Below are positions 47,211-59,420 of a DNA stretch of 64,000 nucleotides, in pieces. The position numbers and the translations under genes are program-made. Below the pieces are notes generated by a model that was not told where the DNA came from, ran no database searches, and saw only the letters and a list, made by a program, of their open reading frames with translations. Position 1 is the stretch's first letter, and each line of letters begins with the position of its first letter. Source of the DNA: a virus. The stretch is taken from IMG/VR virus record IMGVR_UViG_3300045988_165521, one strand, 5' to 3'.

Positions 47211-47375
47211 ATGAAATATATACTTATTGAGTGGCCTGAAGTTCAAGAATTAATGAGTTATGATGATTTTGATTGTCATGCGCATCTTGTTAATGATGAA
47301 GGTTGAATTGATCAGTATGGCCCTTCTTCATACTTTGTAGAAGAGGATTGATTAAAAAAGTTAAAGAAATGTTAA
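47211..47375 (+). CDS. hypothetical small protein (2 in-frame TGA)
   Basis: ATG 47211 to TAA 47373. Confidence 0.35.
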
Positions 47376-47477
47376 GAATATATAATATTTATATCCAGAT
47401 ATACAATAAATTGTGTTTACTCAATAATATAGTTCTACAGGAAAATTTATTGTATTTAACACTAATACTACAATCTT

Positions 47478-47828
47478 ATGTCCACTAGATCTAGAATAGG
47501 AATGATAAATCCATATGGTAGTGTTAGTTCAATTTATTGTCATTTTGATGGATATCCAGAAGGTGTTGGGAAAACTCTACATGATAATTGGAATGATATA
47601 AACGATATTATTGAACTAATTGCTAATGGAGATATATCTTGTTTAGGAACAGATTTAGATATAACAAGTTTTTATGCAGATGGATCTGGCGCAATTATAT
47701 CTCCAACTGAAGAAGATTACTATAATTTAGATCCAATAATGATTGAGTATCATTATTTACATAAAAATGGAGAATGGATATGTAAAGAGGTAAACCTTAA
47801 GGAACGTTTTAATGAAAGCTCGAGTTAA
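47478..47828 (+). CDS. hypothetical protein
   Basis: 116-aa ORF. Confidence 0.5.
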   Translation: MSTRSRIGMINPYGSVSSIYCHFDGYPEGVGKTLHDNWNDINDIIELIANGDISCLGTDLDITSFYADGSGAIISPTEEDYYNLDPIMIEYHYLHKNGEWICKEVNLKERFNESSS

Positions 47829-48009
47829 GAATTTTGATGTAGAGGTAGAACCTATGACTAAATATGAATTTTATGATAGAATTAAGAAAATTCAGTTACA
47901 ACATCCTGAAAATAAATGAGTCAAAGGTTATTATATTAACTGGAATGGATATGAATTCTGGTTAATGGAAGAAAATTTTAATAAATTATATGAAATAATA
48001 GAATGTTAA
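47812..48009 (+). CDS. hypothetical small protein (1 in-frame TGA)
   Basis: ATG 47812 to TAA 48007. Confidence 0.35.
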
Positions 48010-49952
48010 TCCGAGGTAAAACTGTATATGTTTATGATATTGAGATATTTCCAAATGTATTTCACTGTACAGTAAAAAATTCTGAAACAGGAGAATATTT
48101 ATATTTTGAAATTTCTGAAAGACGAAATGATCTTCTAAAACTAGTTGATTTCTTTTGAACTATTCAAGAAGAACCTCAAGATGGCATTTGAGCAAAAAAC
48201 TATACTACAGATCTACAATTCTTTACAGATAAAATATTTTGTGGATATAATAATTTACATTATGATAATCCTATAATTAATTATATTATTGATTATCATA
48301 AGAAATTGTCAACACTTGATTATCTTAGTGTTTGCAAATCTTTATATAATCTTAGTAATGAAATTATTAGATCTACAGATAGTAACTTTACTTCTTGGAG
48401 TAAATGGAAATATAAAATTTATTTTGAAACCTTGGATTTGCTTACAATGTTATATTCTCAAAAATTGCGAGTGGGATTAAAAGAAATGCAAGTAACTATG
48501 CAATTTCATAATGTTCAAGAATATGAAGGAGATTTCCAAACCTGACTTCCTGCATCTGAAATTCCTAATATGATAAAATATAATATTAACGATGTTGATT
48601 CTACTGAGGAATTATTAAATCGGTGTAAAAAGGATATAGAATTACGATTAGCAATCGAAGATGAATATGGAGTAAAAGTATTAAATAAAGATGGTGTAAA
48701 CATTGGAATGAAGATTATTACTCAAAAATATCTTGAGAAAACAGGTCAAACTTGAAATCAAATCAAGGATTTACGTTCTCCTTGTGATATGATTGATCTA
48801 AGTAAAGTTATTCTTCCAATTGTTAAGTTTGATACACCGATTCTCCAAGAAGTTCTAAAAGATATGAAAAGTCAAACTGTTTCACCTGGTAGAAAAGGTT
48901 ATGAAAAACATTTTATACTAGATGGATTAGAATATTGCGTGGGCGTGGGAGGGATTCATACAGTAAATAAACCTGAAGAAGTTATACCTTCTAATGATCA
49001 GATACTCAGTGACATAGATGTAGCTTCTCTATATCCGAGTATGATAATTGAACATGAATTTTATCCTCAACATCTTGGTAGAGAATTCCTTGAGGTTTAT
49101 TCCCAAATTAAAAATGAGCGTATTGAGGCTAAACATAATGGAAATAAAATAAAAAATGAAACATTAAAACTTGCTCTTAACGGATTAAGTGGAAATTTGC
49201 AAAATGAACACAACTTTTGTTATAGTCCGTTTACCGTTATGCAAATTAGAATTAACGGACAATTATTATTATTAATGTTAGCCGAACGATTAATTGCAAT
49301 AGGTTGTAAAATTGTTCAAGCTAACACTGATGGCTTATTTGTTCTGCGCCCAAAAAATAAAGAGCAGGAGTTTCAAGATGTTTGTAAAGATTGGGAAAAG
49401 TTAACTAAACTTAATCTTGAAGAAGATCGTTTTGAAGCTATGTTCCAATTTGCAATTAATGATTATTTAGCAATTAAAGAAGGATATTCTAAAACTAAAA
49501 ATCCTGATTTGTTAAAAACTAAAGGAATGTTTATTGATAAAGTTAAACTTGGTAAAGGTATGGATGCTACTATTATACCTGAAGCTATTAACAAATGTTT
49601 AGCTGACGGAATTCCTGTTGAAGAGACAATTCGAGGATGTAAAGACATTAATAAGTTTATTACTTATCAGAAAGTAAGTAAAGATTATTCTGTTGAATAT
49701 GATGGTAAAATTATTCAAAGAATTAATCGTTATTATATTTCTACTGATGGTCCTTGGTTATATAAGTGTAAAATTGATAGTAATGGTCGTCGATATAATT
49801 ATATCAAGTTGTTAACTGATTCTGGAGTAACAATTATGAATACTATTGACGATAAGACAAAGATTCCAAATAATATTAATTATCCATTTTATATTGCGTC
49901 TGCTCAAAAGATAGTATATTTATTTAAACATAAGCAATTGAGCTTATTCTAA
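48003..49952 (+). CDS. DNA polymerase with 3'-5' exonuclease domain (4 in-frame TGA)
   Basis: Exo motifs YDIE, GYNNLHYDNPI, YNINDVDST. Polymerase motifs DVASLYPS, KLALNGLSGN, QANTDGLF. TGA at 48156, 48189, 48543 and 48753 join four track ORFs in one frame. Confidence 0.8.
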
Positions 49953-49972
49953 AATATAAAATTTTAATGTAA

Positions 49973-50004
49973 TTTGGTGTTTTAAATATAAATTTATATA
50001 TTTG
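49973..50004 (+). promoter_or_regulatory. Bacteroidota-type promoter (TTTG-N20-TATATTTG) for the GIY-YIG gene
   Basis: TTTG 49973-49976 and TATATTTG 49997-50004, 32 nt upstream of ATG 50036. It is embedded in a 20-nt inverted repeat. Confidence 0.5.
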
Positions 50005-50035
50005 TAACATCAAATTACATTAAAAATAATATACT

Positions 50036-50824
50036 ATGAAAAATAACAAATGATGCGTTTATAAACATACAAGTCCTTCCAAAGGAGTTTATATTGGAAT
50101 AACTAAACAAAATCCAGTAATTAGATGAAGTAACGGTTCTGGATATAAAAGAAATCCATATTTTTATAAAGCTATACAAAAGTATGGATGGGATAATTTC
50201 AAACATGAAATACTTTTCTCTAACTTAACACAAGAAGAGGCAGAAAGATATGAAAAAAACTTAATATCTGAGTATAGAAATGGAGGTAAATGCTATAATA
50301 TTCTAGATGGAGGGTTAGCTGCAGTAGTAGATACTTCTAAAAAAGTCTACCAATACACTTTAGAAGGTAAGTTTTTAAAAGAATGAACTTCAGCTACGGA
50401 AGCAGCAAAATTTTACAAAGTCACACAAAGTACTATTACAAATTGTTGTAATCCAAATTACAGAACTAAAACTGCTTGTGGATTTATTTTTAGTTATAAT
50501 AAAACTTCTAAAAAAGATCCTATTATCTCTGTTTCTACAAAAGCAGTAAATCAATATGATTTACATATGAATTTAATAAAAAAATGGCCATCTAGAAGAA
50601 AAGTCCAAAAAAACTTCCCAAATTGAAGAATTGGGGCATGTTTAAATGGTAAGGTTAAATCTTGTAACGGTTATATATTTAAATATACTGATGACGCTAT
50701 ATCAGAAAAACCTGTACATAAAGGAAAATTAGTTACTATTAATGGAATTACTTATCAATCATTAAAGCATGCTTCTACTGCTTTAGGAATTACTGTATAT
50801 AAAATAAAAAAATTGTTATGTTAA
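50036..50824 (+). CDS. GIY-YIG homing endonuclease (free-standing; 4 in-frame TGA)
   Basis: CVYKHTSPSKGVYIGIT...R...GY...NYE-like N-terminal module plus repeated DNA-binding modules (VYQYTLEGKFLKEW; VNQYDLHMNLIKKW). Confidence 0.7.
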
Positions 50825-51078
50825 AATTATTGAAATTCGGAGCATCTTATTGTGCTCCATGTAGAGCTATGGCTCCTATTTTAGAAGAATTAAAATCTAA
50901 AATTGATATACAAGATATAGACGTAGACGAAGCAGATCCTGTAGTACTTACTAATTATAAGATTAGAAATATTCCTGTATTAGTCTTATTAAAAGATGAT
51001 AAAGAAGTTTGAAGACATGTTGGAAGTATTTCAAAATCTGACTTAGAAAAAGAAATTGAAAAATATGAAGCTAATTAA
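50818..51078 (+). CDS. thioredoxin (1 in-frame TGA)
   Basis: FGASYCAPCRAMAP CxxC site, and IRNIPVLVLLKD. Confidence 0.7.
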
Positions 51079-53168
51079 ACCTTATTTTGAAATTATAGAA
51101 CAGGAATCTGGACTTGAAGGTATTTATAAACAAATTGAACTCGCAGGAAGAACTTGTTATAAATCAGAAGATAAAATAACTCCTGATTCTGCTAAAGGAT
51201 TTGTCGATAGAATGATCAAATCTGGTCATGGCGCTATGCTAGAACATGGTACTGTATATTTAAAAGCTGATTCTGAATTTTATAATCCTTTTATTCAACC
51301 AGAAGACGGAGAGGAAGAAGAATACAATGATTTATTTAAATATGGCGATAATAACTATTCGGTTTGTCATGAACAAAGAAGTGTAAATGGAAATACGATT
51401 TATGTCACCACTAATCTTAGAGTATTAGTAGAAAATAACTGGCTTGATGATCTAAAATATCTCTGTGAACCTACTGAATATCATGAAAAACGAATTACAG
51501 TAAAGTTTATTTGTGATCGTGGTGTATCTCATGAATTTGTAAGACATAGAGTATTCTCTTTTGCTCAGGAATCTACCCGTCAAGAAACAATGGCGGCTTA
51601 AATAAGTAATTATTTATGCATAACCCAGTGAATTGCTGGAAGGCTAAAATTTATTAAACTTTTCTACAAGTTTGGATATATCCAAATTTATCATTAACTT
51701 TGTTACAGTAATAAATATAAAATTTTTAAGCTATGAGAAAAATGGATATTAACGTAGGTGATAAATTTGGAGATTGGACTGTAACAAATATAAATGTTCT
51801 ATCAAAGAATAAAAGTAGATATGTATTATGTCAGTGTAAATGTGGCTATATGGGAGAAGTTAATGCCTCAGCCCTTAGAACTGGAAGGAGTTCTAGCTGT
51901 AAATCCTGTGCCAAAAGGAAAAATACCACAATTTTAAAAGTAGGAAGTAAATACAAACATTGGACTATACTAGAAGGTCCAATATACAAAAATTCTACTG
52001 CTTATTACAAAGTTAGATGTGATTGTGGGACTGAAACCTATAAGTTACCTATAGAACTTCTTTATAAAGATAGGGACTTTCAATGTGAAAAATGTGCTCA
52101 TAAAGAGAATATGGAAAATATTAGAAAGAAAAATGGAGAAGTTGGAGAACTTACTAAAACTGAATATACTAGGCTTAAGAGGTCTGCTGAAAAGAGAGCT
52201 TATGTTTTTGAGGTTTCTATAGAATACTTATGGAATCTATTTCAAGAACAAAAACAAATTTGTGCTATTACTGGGGATTATATCCCTAATATAGAAGAAG
52301 CTTCTCTTGATAGAATAGACTCCTCTAAAGGGTATATTGAAGGTAATGTTCAATGGGTAACTTATCAAGCTAACTTAAGTAAACATGTTATGACAATGGA
52401 ACAATTATACGAGTTTTGTAGAAAAGTATTAAATCATGCTAATCAGCAGCCAAGCCAGAGGTTAACAACTCTGGAAGGTTCAGAGACTAATTGATGAAAC
52501 TATGTCTAAAATAATTTTTGAATGTCCTGTATTGCAGGAATTTTGGGACAAATATATAGCCAATAGAGATTGGAATAAAACTTGTAAAGAGATTAGTACA
52601 ATTCTTGATGGCTTAGAGTATTTTAGTGTAGAATATAATTCAAACACGAGTGCTGGACATCCTTTATAGGATGATGATATAGTCCGATACTCTGAGGAAA
52701 CTCAGAGAGTTCAAGATAAAGAGCTTGAACATTAACTAATTGTACTGTAATTATAGCAAAGATAAGTTTGGAAGTGAGCTTACTTTTATTATTCCTTATT
52801 GGACAAATATTCCAGAAGGACAAAGTTATTGGCATGATGGCATTGGGTATCGCGTAGGAGCAGATATTCAAAATAAAGATTTTGGATATATTGAGAAGTC
52901 TCCAAACTATTTTAATTTCTTATCTTCTTTAGAAGAATCAGAAAAATGTTATCTTAGACTATTAAATGAAGGATGGGTTCCTCAACAAGCTCGTTCTATA
53001 CTTCCAAATTCTCTCAAAACAGAGTTAGTAATGACTGGAACTCTTGAACAATGGAAAGGATTCTTTAAGTTACGTAGTCCATTATATGGAGCAATAGGAG
53101 CTCATCCTCAAGCAGCAGAACTAGCAGATAAACTGTATATACAGTTTAAGGAGAAAAATTATATTTAA
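51065..53168 (+). CDS. thyX: flavin-dependent thymidylate synthase, split by a group I intron: join(51065..51580,52743..53168)
   Basis: Exon 1 ends ...RHRVFSFAQESTR and exon 2 starts YCNYSK..., so the join restores the ThyX RHR-x7-8-S-x-R-Y signature. Confidence 0.85.
51581..52742 (+). mobile_element. Group I intron (same family as 36839 and 55102) with an HNH gene
   Basis: Shared core motifs at 51629, 52441, 52644 and 52676. The 5' exon ends in T and the intron ends ...CTAATTG. P1 is only about 4 bp by eye (weaker). Confidence 0.7.
51733..52494 (+). CDS. HNH-type homing endonuclease (intron-encoded)
   Basis: Zn-finger CxxC pairs, then SLDRIDSSKGYIEGNVQWVTYQANLSK. The 3' end of the ORF runs into the intron core element AATCAGCAGCCAAGC. 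Confidence 0.7.
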   Translation: MRKMDINVGDKFGDWTVTNINVLSKNKSRYVLCQCKCGYMGEVNASALRTGRSSSCKSCAKRKNTTILKVGSKYKHWTILEGPIYKNSTAYYKVRCDCGTETYKLPIELLYKDRDFQCEKCAHKENMENIRKKNGEVGELTKTEYTRLKRSAEKRAYVFEVSIEYLWNLFQEQKQICAITGDYIPNIEEASLDRIDSSKGYIEGNVQWVTYQANLSKHVMTMEQLYEFCRKVLNHANQQPSQRLTTLEGSETN

Positions 53169-53169
53169 A

Positions 53170-53397
53170 ATGAGCCATTATAAAGAAACAGTACAGTATG
53201 ATCATATAGATGAAGAACAAGAACATTCTTTTAGACATCTTTATGCAGATTGAAATTCTAAAACAAATACTGTAACTGTATGAAATAAAGAAGGTATAGT
53301 TATATATAGTGGATACGATGATGAAGCTAAAGCTTTAGGTTGTTTATTATCTAATATTAGATGTCAAAAAATCGATAAATTTCCACATGAAGATTAA
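53170..53397 (+). CDS. hypothetical small protein (2 in-frame TGA)
   Basis: ATG 53170 to TAA 53395. Confidence 0.35.
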
Positions 53398-53409
53398 AAA
53401 ATTTAAGAT

Positions 53410-54603
53410 ATGCAACTCATTAAAGCATGTAAAGAATTAATGATTAGAGAGCCCTTTTATGGGCTCTTTCTTCTTAATTTAAATAAAGAAATATCTGATA
53501 CATATGTAGATACAGCTTGTGTTTCTAGAAATGGAGTAAATTCTAAACTAGTTATAAATCCTAATTACTGAGATAAATTAACTGACAATCAGCAGTTAGG
53601 TTTATTAAAACATGAGCTAATTCATATATGTTTTAACCACATGTTTATTGAATCAGAACTTCGAATTAGTGACCACAAACTATTCAATATTGCTTGCGAT
53701 TTAGTTTGTGATCAATATATAAAAGATGTTCCTGATAATATGTGGGATCAACTAAAAGATAAATATCCTGATTTAGTAAAAAACTTAGAAAAGGACAAAG
53801 GTGCAAAATATTATTATGAAGAGCTAATAAAATATGCACAAAAAAATTCTCAATCTGGACAGAAAGGATCAGGTAGTGGGAATAGAGGCACAATACAAGG
53901 TCTTGATGGAATTAGTGGAGGAGCTGATGATCATAAGTCTTGGAAAGAATATCAAAATCTTGATGAAGCAGGAAAAAAATTAATGCAAAATCAAACTGAG
54001 CATCAATTAAAAGAAGCAGCTACAGCTACTACTAAAAGTAGAGGTAGCATTCCAAGAGAATTTCAATCAATAATTGATGCATTATTTAAAGTAGATCCTC
54101 CTATATTTAATTGGAAAATGTATTTCCGAAGATTATTAGGAAATTCATTTAAAACGTATACAAAAAAATCTCTTCGAAAAGAGTCTAATAGATTTGTTGG
54201 AAGTGCTGGAATCAAAGTAAAGCATAAACAACATATTCTTGTTGGAATTGATACATCTGGATCTGTAAGTGATTCAGAATTACAAGATTTCTTTAGTGAA
54301 ATCTATCACATATATAAAACTGGGTCTATGGTAACTATTGTAGAATGTGATGCCGATATTCATAAAATATATGAATATAAAGGAAAGTTTGATGGAAAAA
54401 TTACAGGTAGAGGAGGTACAGATTTTAAACCTGTAATAGATTATTATAACGCTAATCTAAATAAATATACTACCTTAGTATTTTTTACTGACGGTTATGC
54501 TCCATTAGACACATTCAAACCTATGCGACAAATGATGTGGGTTATTACAAGTAATGGGCATAAAACCCAAAAATATCCAGGACATACTATTTTTATACCA
54601 TAA
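53410..54603 (+). CDS. vWA-like protein with N-terminal metallopeptidase-like domain (1 in-frame TGA)
   Basis: HELIHI motif, then DTSGSVS MIDAS-like and FTDG. ATG 53410 is in frame with track ORF 53641. Confidence 0.55.
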
Positions 54604-54606
54604 AAT

Positions 54607-56931
54607 ATGAAGAAAAATATAAATACAATTAATATTGAAGAATTAAAAACATTAGCTAGTTATATTATTGATAATAATAAACGATTATATAATGAGCATA
54701 AAAAGACTACTGCAATTGAAGTAGTAGGTGAATCTGGTTTAGGTAAAACTTCTGCTATCATTCAGTTAGCTCAAGAAAGAGGAATGGACTGTATTAAACT
54801 TAATCTTTCTCAGTTAGAGGAATTAGGTGATCTTATTGGTTTTCCAATTAAAGAGTATTATGTTTGTACAGAGCGTCCTAGACTTGATGATGATGGAATG
54901 CCTGTTGTAGAAAATGAAATAGTAATTAAGGATGAGGAATGTCTTTGGGTATCTGCAGATGTACTAGATTCTTATATTGCAGAGGGTTATAGAATTAAAG
55001 ATAATATATCTCGAATGGGATACGCTCTTCCTGCATGGGTTCCTACTTCTCGAAATGAAAATGGCACAATTTTAATTCTTGATGACTTTAATCGTGCGGA
55101 TTAAAAAATATATTGTAAAGTTTTGTTTCCCTGAATAAATTTAGTATCTTTGATATAAATTTAAAAATATGGAAAAACTAACATTACAAAAGATTAAAGT
55201 TTATAAAAAAGTTTGTGGAATTTATAAAATAAAGATCCACGATAAAGAATATATAGGAAGTTCAAAAAATATTCAGCATAGATTAAGACAACATCTAATT
55301 ACTTTAAAACAAAATAAACATCACAATCATACTATGCAAAATTTGTATAACAAGTATGGCATTGATAATATTTATTTTGAAGTTATAGAAACTTGTCTTG
55401 AGGAAAATAGAATTAGTAGAGAAAAATACTATATAAATAGTATTAAACCTTATATAAATCATATTTTAGACCCTGAGAATATCATTAGAGATAAAGAATA
55501 TAAACATAGAATAAGTATCTCTAAAAAGAAATATTATGAGACACATTCTCCAGTTAATATAAAAATGGTATATCAGTATAGTTTAGAAGGAAAATATCTT
55601 CAAAGTTATAAATCGATAACAGATGCAGCTATATCTACTAACCAAGATACTACTGCAATATGTAGTGTATGTAATAATCGTAGTTATACTGCTGGTGGAT
55701 ATAGATGATCATTTGAATTAAAAGAAAATCTTTCTAAACTAAAAAAGAAATATAAGAAAATACCTGTTATTCAATATTCACTTGATAATGTTTTTATTAA
55801 AGAGTGAGATTCTAAAACAGATGCTGAAAAAGAACTAAAAATTTGTAATATATCTCGCGCTATAAGAAAAAATCTTACTGCAGGAGGATATAAATGAAAG
55901 TATAAAATCTAGAGGTCCGCATAAAATAGCGTGAATTGCTGGAAAAGCCTGAGGAGGTCAATCAGCAGCTAAGCTAATTAGTAATAATTAGAAAGTTCAA
56001 CGACTAGTACATGGAGTCCAGGAATGGATGGTAAAGTACCACGAGTGCGCTACACTATTTATATAGTGAAGATATAGTCTGAACTACGTTATAACCTAAG
56101 AAAAGACGTAGAAGTATAGGATAAAGAGCCTATACGATAACAATAATGCCTAGATTTATACAAGCTACCATGGAGCTTATTGACCGAGGAGAATATATTT
56201 CATGGAGTCTTCCTCCTAATTGTACAATTATATTAACATCAAATCCTGATAATGGTGATTATAATGTTAATTCTATGGATAATGCCCAAAAGACTCGATA
56301 TATTAGTTTCGAATTAGGTTTTGATAAAGATGTATGGGCTCGTTGGGCTGAGAAAGAGGGTATTGATGGTCGTTTTATCAATTTCGTATTATCTTATCCT
56401 GAGATTATGAACAAGGAGGGAGGAGTACAAAAAGTTAATCCTCGAAGTTTAGTAACCTTTGCAAATACTATTTCAGGTTTTAAAGATTGGTCAGATACTA
56501 ATACTTTAGGTTTAATTCTTAATATTGCTCAAGGTTGTTTTACTTCTGAAGAAAACGTTATTGGAAACTTATTTACTACATTTATTGCTAATAAGTTAGA
56601 TAAATTAATGGACCCAGATACAATGTTAAATAAAGATTGGGATTATGTTAAAGGAGAATTAGCAAAACAAGTATATGATGGTACTAACTATCGTGCAGAT
56701 ATTGCTGCAGTTTTAACAACTCGATTCTGTAATTTTGTAAATCTATATTTTGATACAAAAGGTAGTAAAACAGAAGTAGCTGTTGATAGAATTCTTAAAA
56801 TTATTGAGCATGATAAGATGTTATTTTCTGAGGATTTGATTTTCAGTTTAATTAAAACTCTCCAAAAAAATCATCCTACAAGATGTAATAAATTATTATT
56901 GAATCCTAAAGTAGCTAGAAAGTTAATATAA
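54607..56931 (+). CDS. AAA+ ATPase (MoxR-like), split by a group I intron: join(54607..55101,56149..56931)
   Basis: Walker A GESGLGKTS. Exon 1 ends ...ILILDDFNRAD and exon 2 starts PRFIQATMELIDRGEY, a continuous Walker B / sensor region. Confidence 0.7.
55122..55152 (+). promoter_or_regulatory. Bacteroidota-type promoter (TTTG-N19-TATCTTTG) inside the intron, for the GIY-YIG ORF
   Basis: TTTG 55122-55125 and TATCTTTG 55145-55152, 17 nt upstream of ATG 55169. Confidence 0.55.
55169..55912 (+). CDS. GIY-YIG homing endonuclease (intron-encoded; 3 in-frame TGA)
   Basis: GIYKIKIHDKEYIGSSKNIQHRLRQH...N...YG motif. The frame continues through TGA to TAG 55910. Confidence 0.75.
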
Positions 56932-56932
56932 T

Positions 56933-58132
56933 ATGTTATTTAATTTAAGTAATACAAAATTAAGAATAGTTGTTTGCGACTATTATAGAAGACAAGGAAA
57001 TAGTAATAATGGTTACTGTTATAACAACATAAGTAACACTTGCCTTGCAGATATGATTGTTGTTTATGATGTTAATGGGAGTAAAAAACATATTGGAGAC
57101 GATTGCTATTATACTAGTCCTTTTTGTGCAGAAAAAGTATTTGGTATGTATTTAGGAGATAGTGATAGTATAGAAACTATCATTTCTTCTAAAACTTTAA
57201 CAAGTTTAGCTGGAGTGAAAAGAGTATATTTTGATCCTAAATCTAAATATCCTCGATTTAAACTAAGCGAAGCTACCACTATAAAACGTAGTTTAACTGC
57301 TGCAAAAGCAGATGTTTGTATATTGCCAAAAGTAGAATATAGTGTATATACGCCTAAATATAGTTCAGGAGGTGCTCCAAGGGATAAAAACATTAAATTA
57401 TATTATTCTCCATCAGAAGATACTTATTATCTAATTGATCATAAACCTGGAGCTTGTTATCAAAGTAGTTCTACTAAAGACTTAAACAACTTTATTAATA
57501 AAGCGATAAATACTAGCTCTTCAGATCCTCTTGAACAGTTTGCTTCAGCAGTAATGGCTGAGGGAATTATTCCTGCAGACTGTACATTATTTTATTCAGG
57601 CAAATGCTGTTTCTTTACAGATAATTCAGAGTATGAGCAAGTTAATAATATTTTAAATAATTATATGAAAGTAATATATGATACAGAATTAGATAAATTT
57701 GTAAGTAATAATTTATCTAATCTTACAGAGGACGATCTTAAATCTTTATCTGGAATGTTAGGTTCTCAAGATCCTACTGTTGTAGGTATGGGTATTAAAT
57801 TACTCTCTGGATATAATATTCCAGATTCAGTTTGTTCTGTAGGTATTCTACTTATGAGTAACTGGAATACTATTACAAGTAATTCTGCTTTTAAAAGTGT
57901 AGGATTTCAACAAATTTTAAATACATTAGGAATTTCTGAAAGAGAGGTTTATAGTGGCATTACTGATAATATTATAAATAAACTTTATAAAAGTAGTACA
58001 AATGATGCAGATAAAGAAAAGGCTAGAAAGATAGTTATAGACAAACTCAAGAAAAGTTTTGAAAAGAAATGGGCTGAACATAAGTCGCAACTTGATGCTA
58101 TACCTATGAACTTCGATTTTACATTAGAATAA
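56933..58132 (+). CDS. hypothetical protein
   Basis: 399-aa ORF with no TGA. Confidence 0.55.
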   Translation: MLFNLSNTKLRIVVCDYYRRQGNSNNGYCYNNISNTCLADMIVVYDVNGSKKHIGDDCYYTSPFCAEKVFGMYLGDSDSIETIISSKTLTSLAGVKRVYFDPKSKYPRFKLSEATTIKRSLTAAKADVCILPKVEYSVYTPKYSSGGAPRDKNIKLYYSPSEDTYYLIDHKPGACYQSSSTKDLNNFINKAINTSSSDPLEQFASAVMAEGIIPADCTLFYSGKCCFFTDNSEYEQVNNILNNYMKVIYDTELDKFVSNNLSNLTEDDLKSLSGMLGSQDPTVVGMGIKLLSGYNIPDSVCSVGILLMSNWNTITSNSAFKSVGFQQILNTLGISEREVYSGITDNIINKLYKSSTNDADKEKARKIVIDKLKKSFEKKWAEHKSQLDAIPMNFDFTLE

Positions 58133-58858
58133 GTGAAAAATATAATAGCTATTCAAGGTTTTAAAGGAAGTGGAAAAGATGAAGTTGCTAAATATCTAAA
58201 CTATTTATTAAATACTCCAACTTGTTTACATTCTTATAATATTGCTTCTGCATTAAATTTTACTCCTGTACCGTTTATGATTTCAAAGCGTTGAAAGATA
58301 GTACATTATGCAGATAAACTAAAGGAAATGTTATCTATTATGATGAATGTAGATAAGAGTAAGTTTGATGATAGAGAATTTAAAGAATATTATCATTTTG
58401 ATTTTCAGAAGTTTTTACTTTACGATAGTAGAGTAAAAACTTTTGGAAACGAACCTACAGATAAAGTATTTGCTAGAGAATTAAAAAAAGAAAATAGAAA
58501 TTTAGCTATAGAATATAATTTATCTATTAGACAAATATTACAATATTTTGGTACAGATATAATGCGTAAATATTTTGGAGATAAATTATGAATATATTCA
58601 ACACTTCAAAGTGGAAATAAAAGTAATATTGTAATTGCAGATCAAAGATTTGCAATTGAAAATGAAGTAGTAAAAGAATACAATACCTTTATTATTCATG
58701 TAACAAGAAAAGGTTGTAGTATAGGTTTACATTCTTCAGAAAGAGAACTAGATACTCTTTATAAAAAACATAAATTTGATATATCGTTAGTAAATAATGG
58801 TACATTAAAAGAATTATTTAATAAATGTAAAAATATTGTATATGGCTACTGAAATTAA
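58133..58858 (+). CDS. deoxynucleoside monophosphate kinase (T4 gp1-like; in-frame TGA)
   Basis: GTG start. GFKGSGKD P-loop, QYFGTD, ADQRF..E, IIHVTR, HSSE, NNGTLKELF parallel T4 gp1 as recalled. A TGA is penultimate to TAA 58856. Confidence 0.7.
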
Positions 58859-59006
58859 GTTTTGTAAAAACTGCGCAGATAATAAAATTACACATGAGTT
58901 TCAAGATGAAAAATACGGAAAATTTATTCGTGTTTTTAATATTGGAGAGAAATCAGGTACTTCTACTTGTACCATTTGTAATGGCGGTAAAAAAGCTAAG
59001 AAATAA
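58842..59006 (+). CDS. small zinc-ribbon protein
   Basis: CKNC...CTIC; 54 aa. Confidence 0.4.
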   Translation: MATEIKFCKNCADNKITHEFQDEKYGKFIRVFNIGEKSGTSTCTICNGGKKAKK

Positions 59007-59314
59007 TGAATAAAATTATATATAAATATCCTCTAGATTTTACTTATCCTCAAACGATTAAGTTACCTAGTAGTGCAGAAATTTTATATGTTGATAGCCA
59101 AAGAAATACACCTACAATTTGAGCTATAATAGATACAGATGATAAATCAACAATAGAGGTTGATGTTTATATAATTGGTACTGGTCAAGCTTTTGATGCT
59201 AGTAATAAATTATATGTTGGTTCATGTATAACTGAAAACGGACTCTTTGTTTGGCATATATTTATTGATTATTCTAAGAGCGAAAATATAATATTACCAG
59301 GTGTTGATCTTTAA
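59006..59314 (+). CDS. hypothetical protein (1 in-frame TGA)
   Basis: ATG 59006 to TAA 59312. Confidence 0.45.
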
Positions 59315-59340
59315 AAAATAAATTGTTTTACTTCTATGAA

Positions 59341-59420
59341 AAATCCCCTTACTTGCTTAATTGCGAGTAAGGGGATTTCTTTTGCCTCTATCTGCTTATG
59401 CGGATAGAGGTTATTTTTTT
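59341..59420. terminator. Two back-to-back hairpins at the convergence of + and - strand transcription
   Basis: AAATCCCCTTACT-(12 nt)-AGTAAGGGGATTT, then CCTCTATCTGC-TTAT-GCGGATAGAGG plus TTATTTTTTT. T/A-runs lie on both sides. Confidence 0.7.

Larger units (their letters stand above)
55102..56148 (+). mobile_element. Group I intron (same family) with a GIY-YIG gene placed between the 5' splice site and the internal guide
   Basis: Exon TGCGGAT (55095-55101) pairs with GTCCGCA (55915-55921), with a U-G wobble. Core motifs at 55932, 55960, 56039 and 56071. It ends ...AATAATG. Confidence 0.7.

Noticed and set aside
39667-49952. Inteins in NrdJ, DnaB-like helicase or DNA polymerase.
   Set aside because: Conserved motifs follow each other at normal spacing, and no Cys/Ser...HN-Cys/Ser/Thr insertion block is visible. 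All interruptions are explained by TGA codons.
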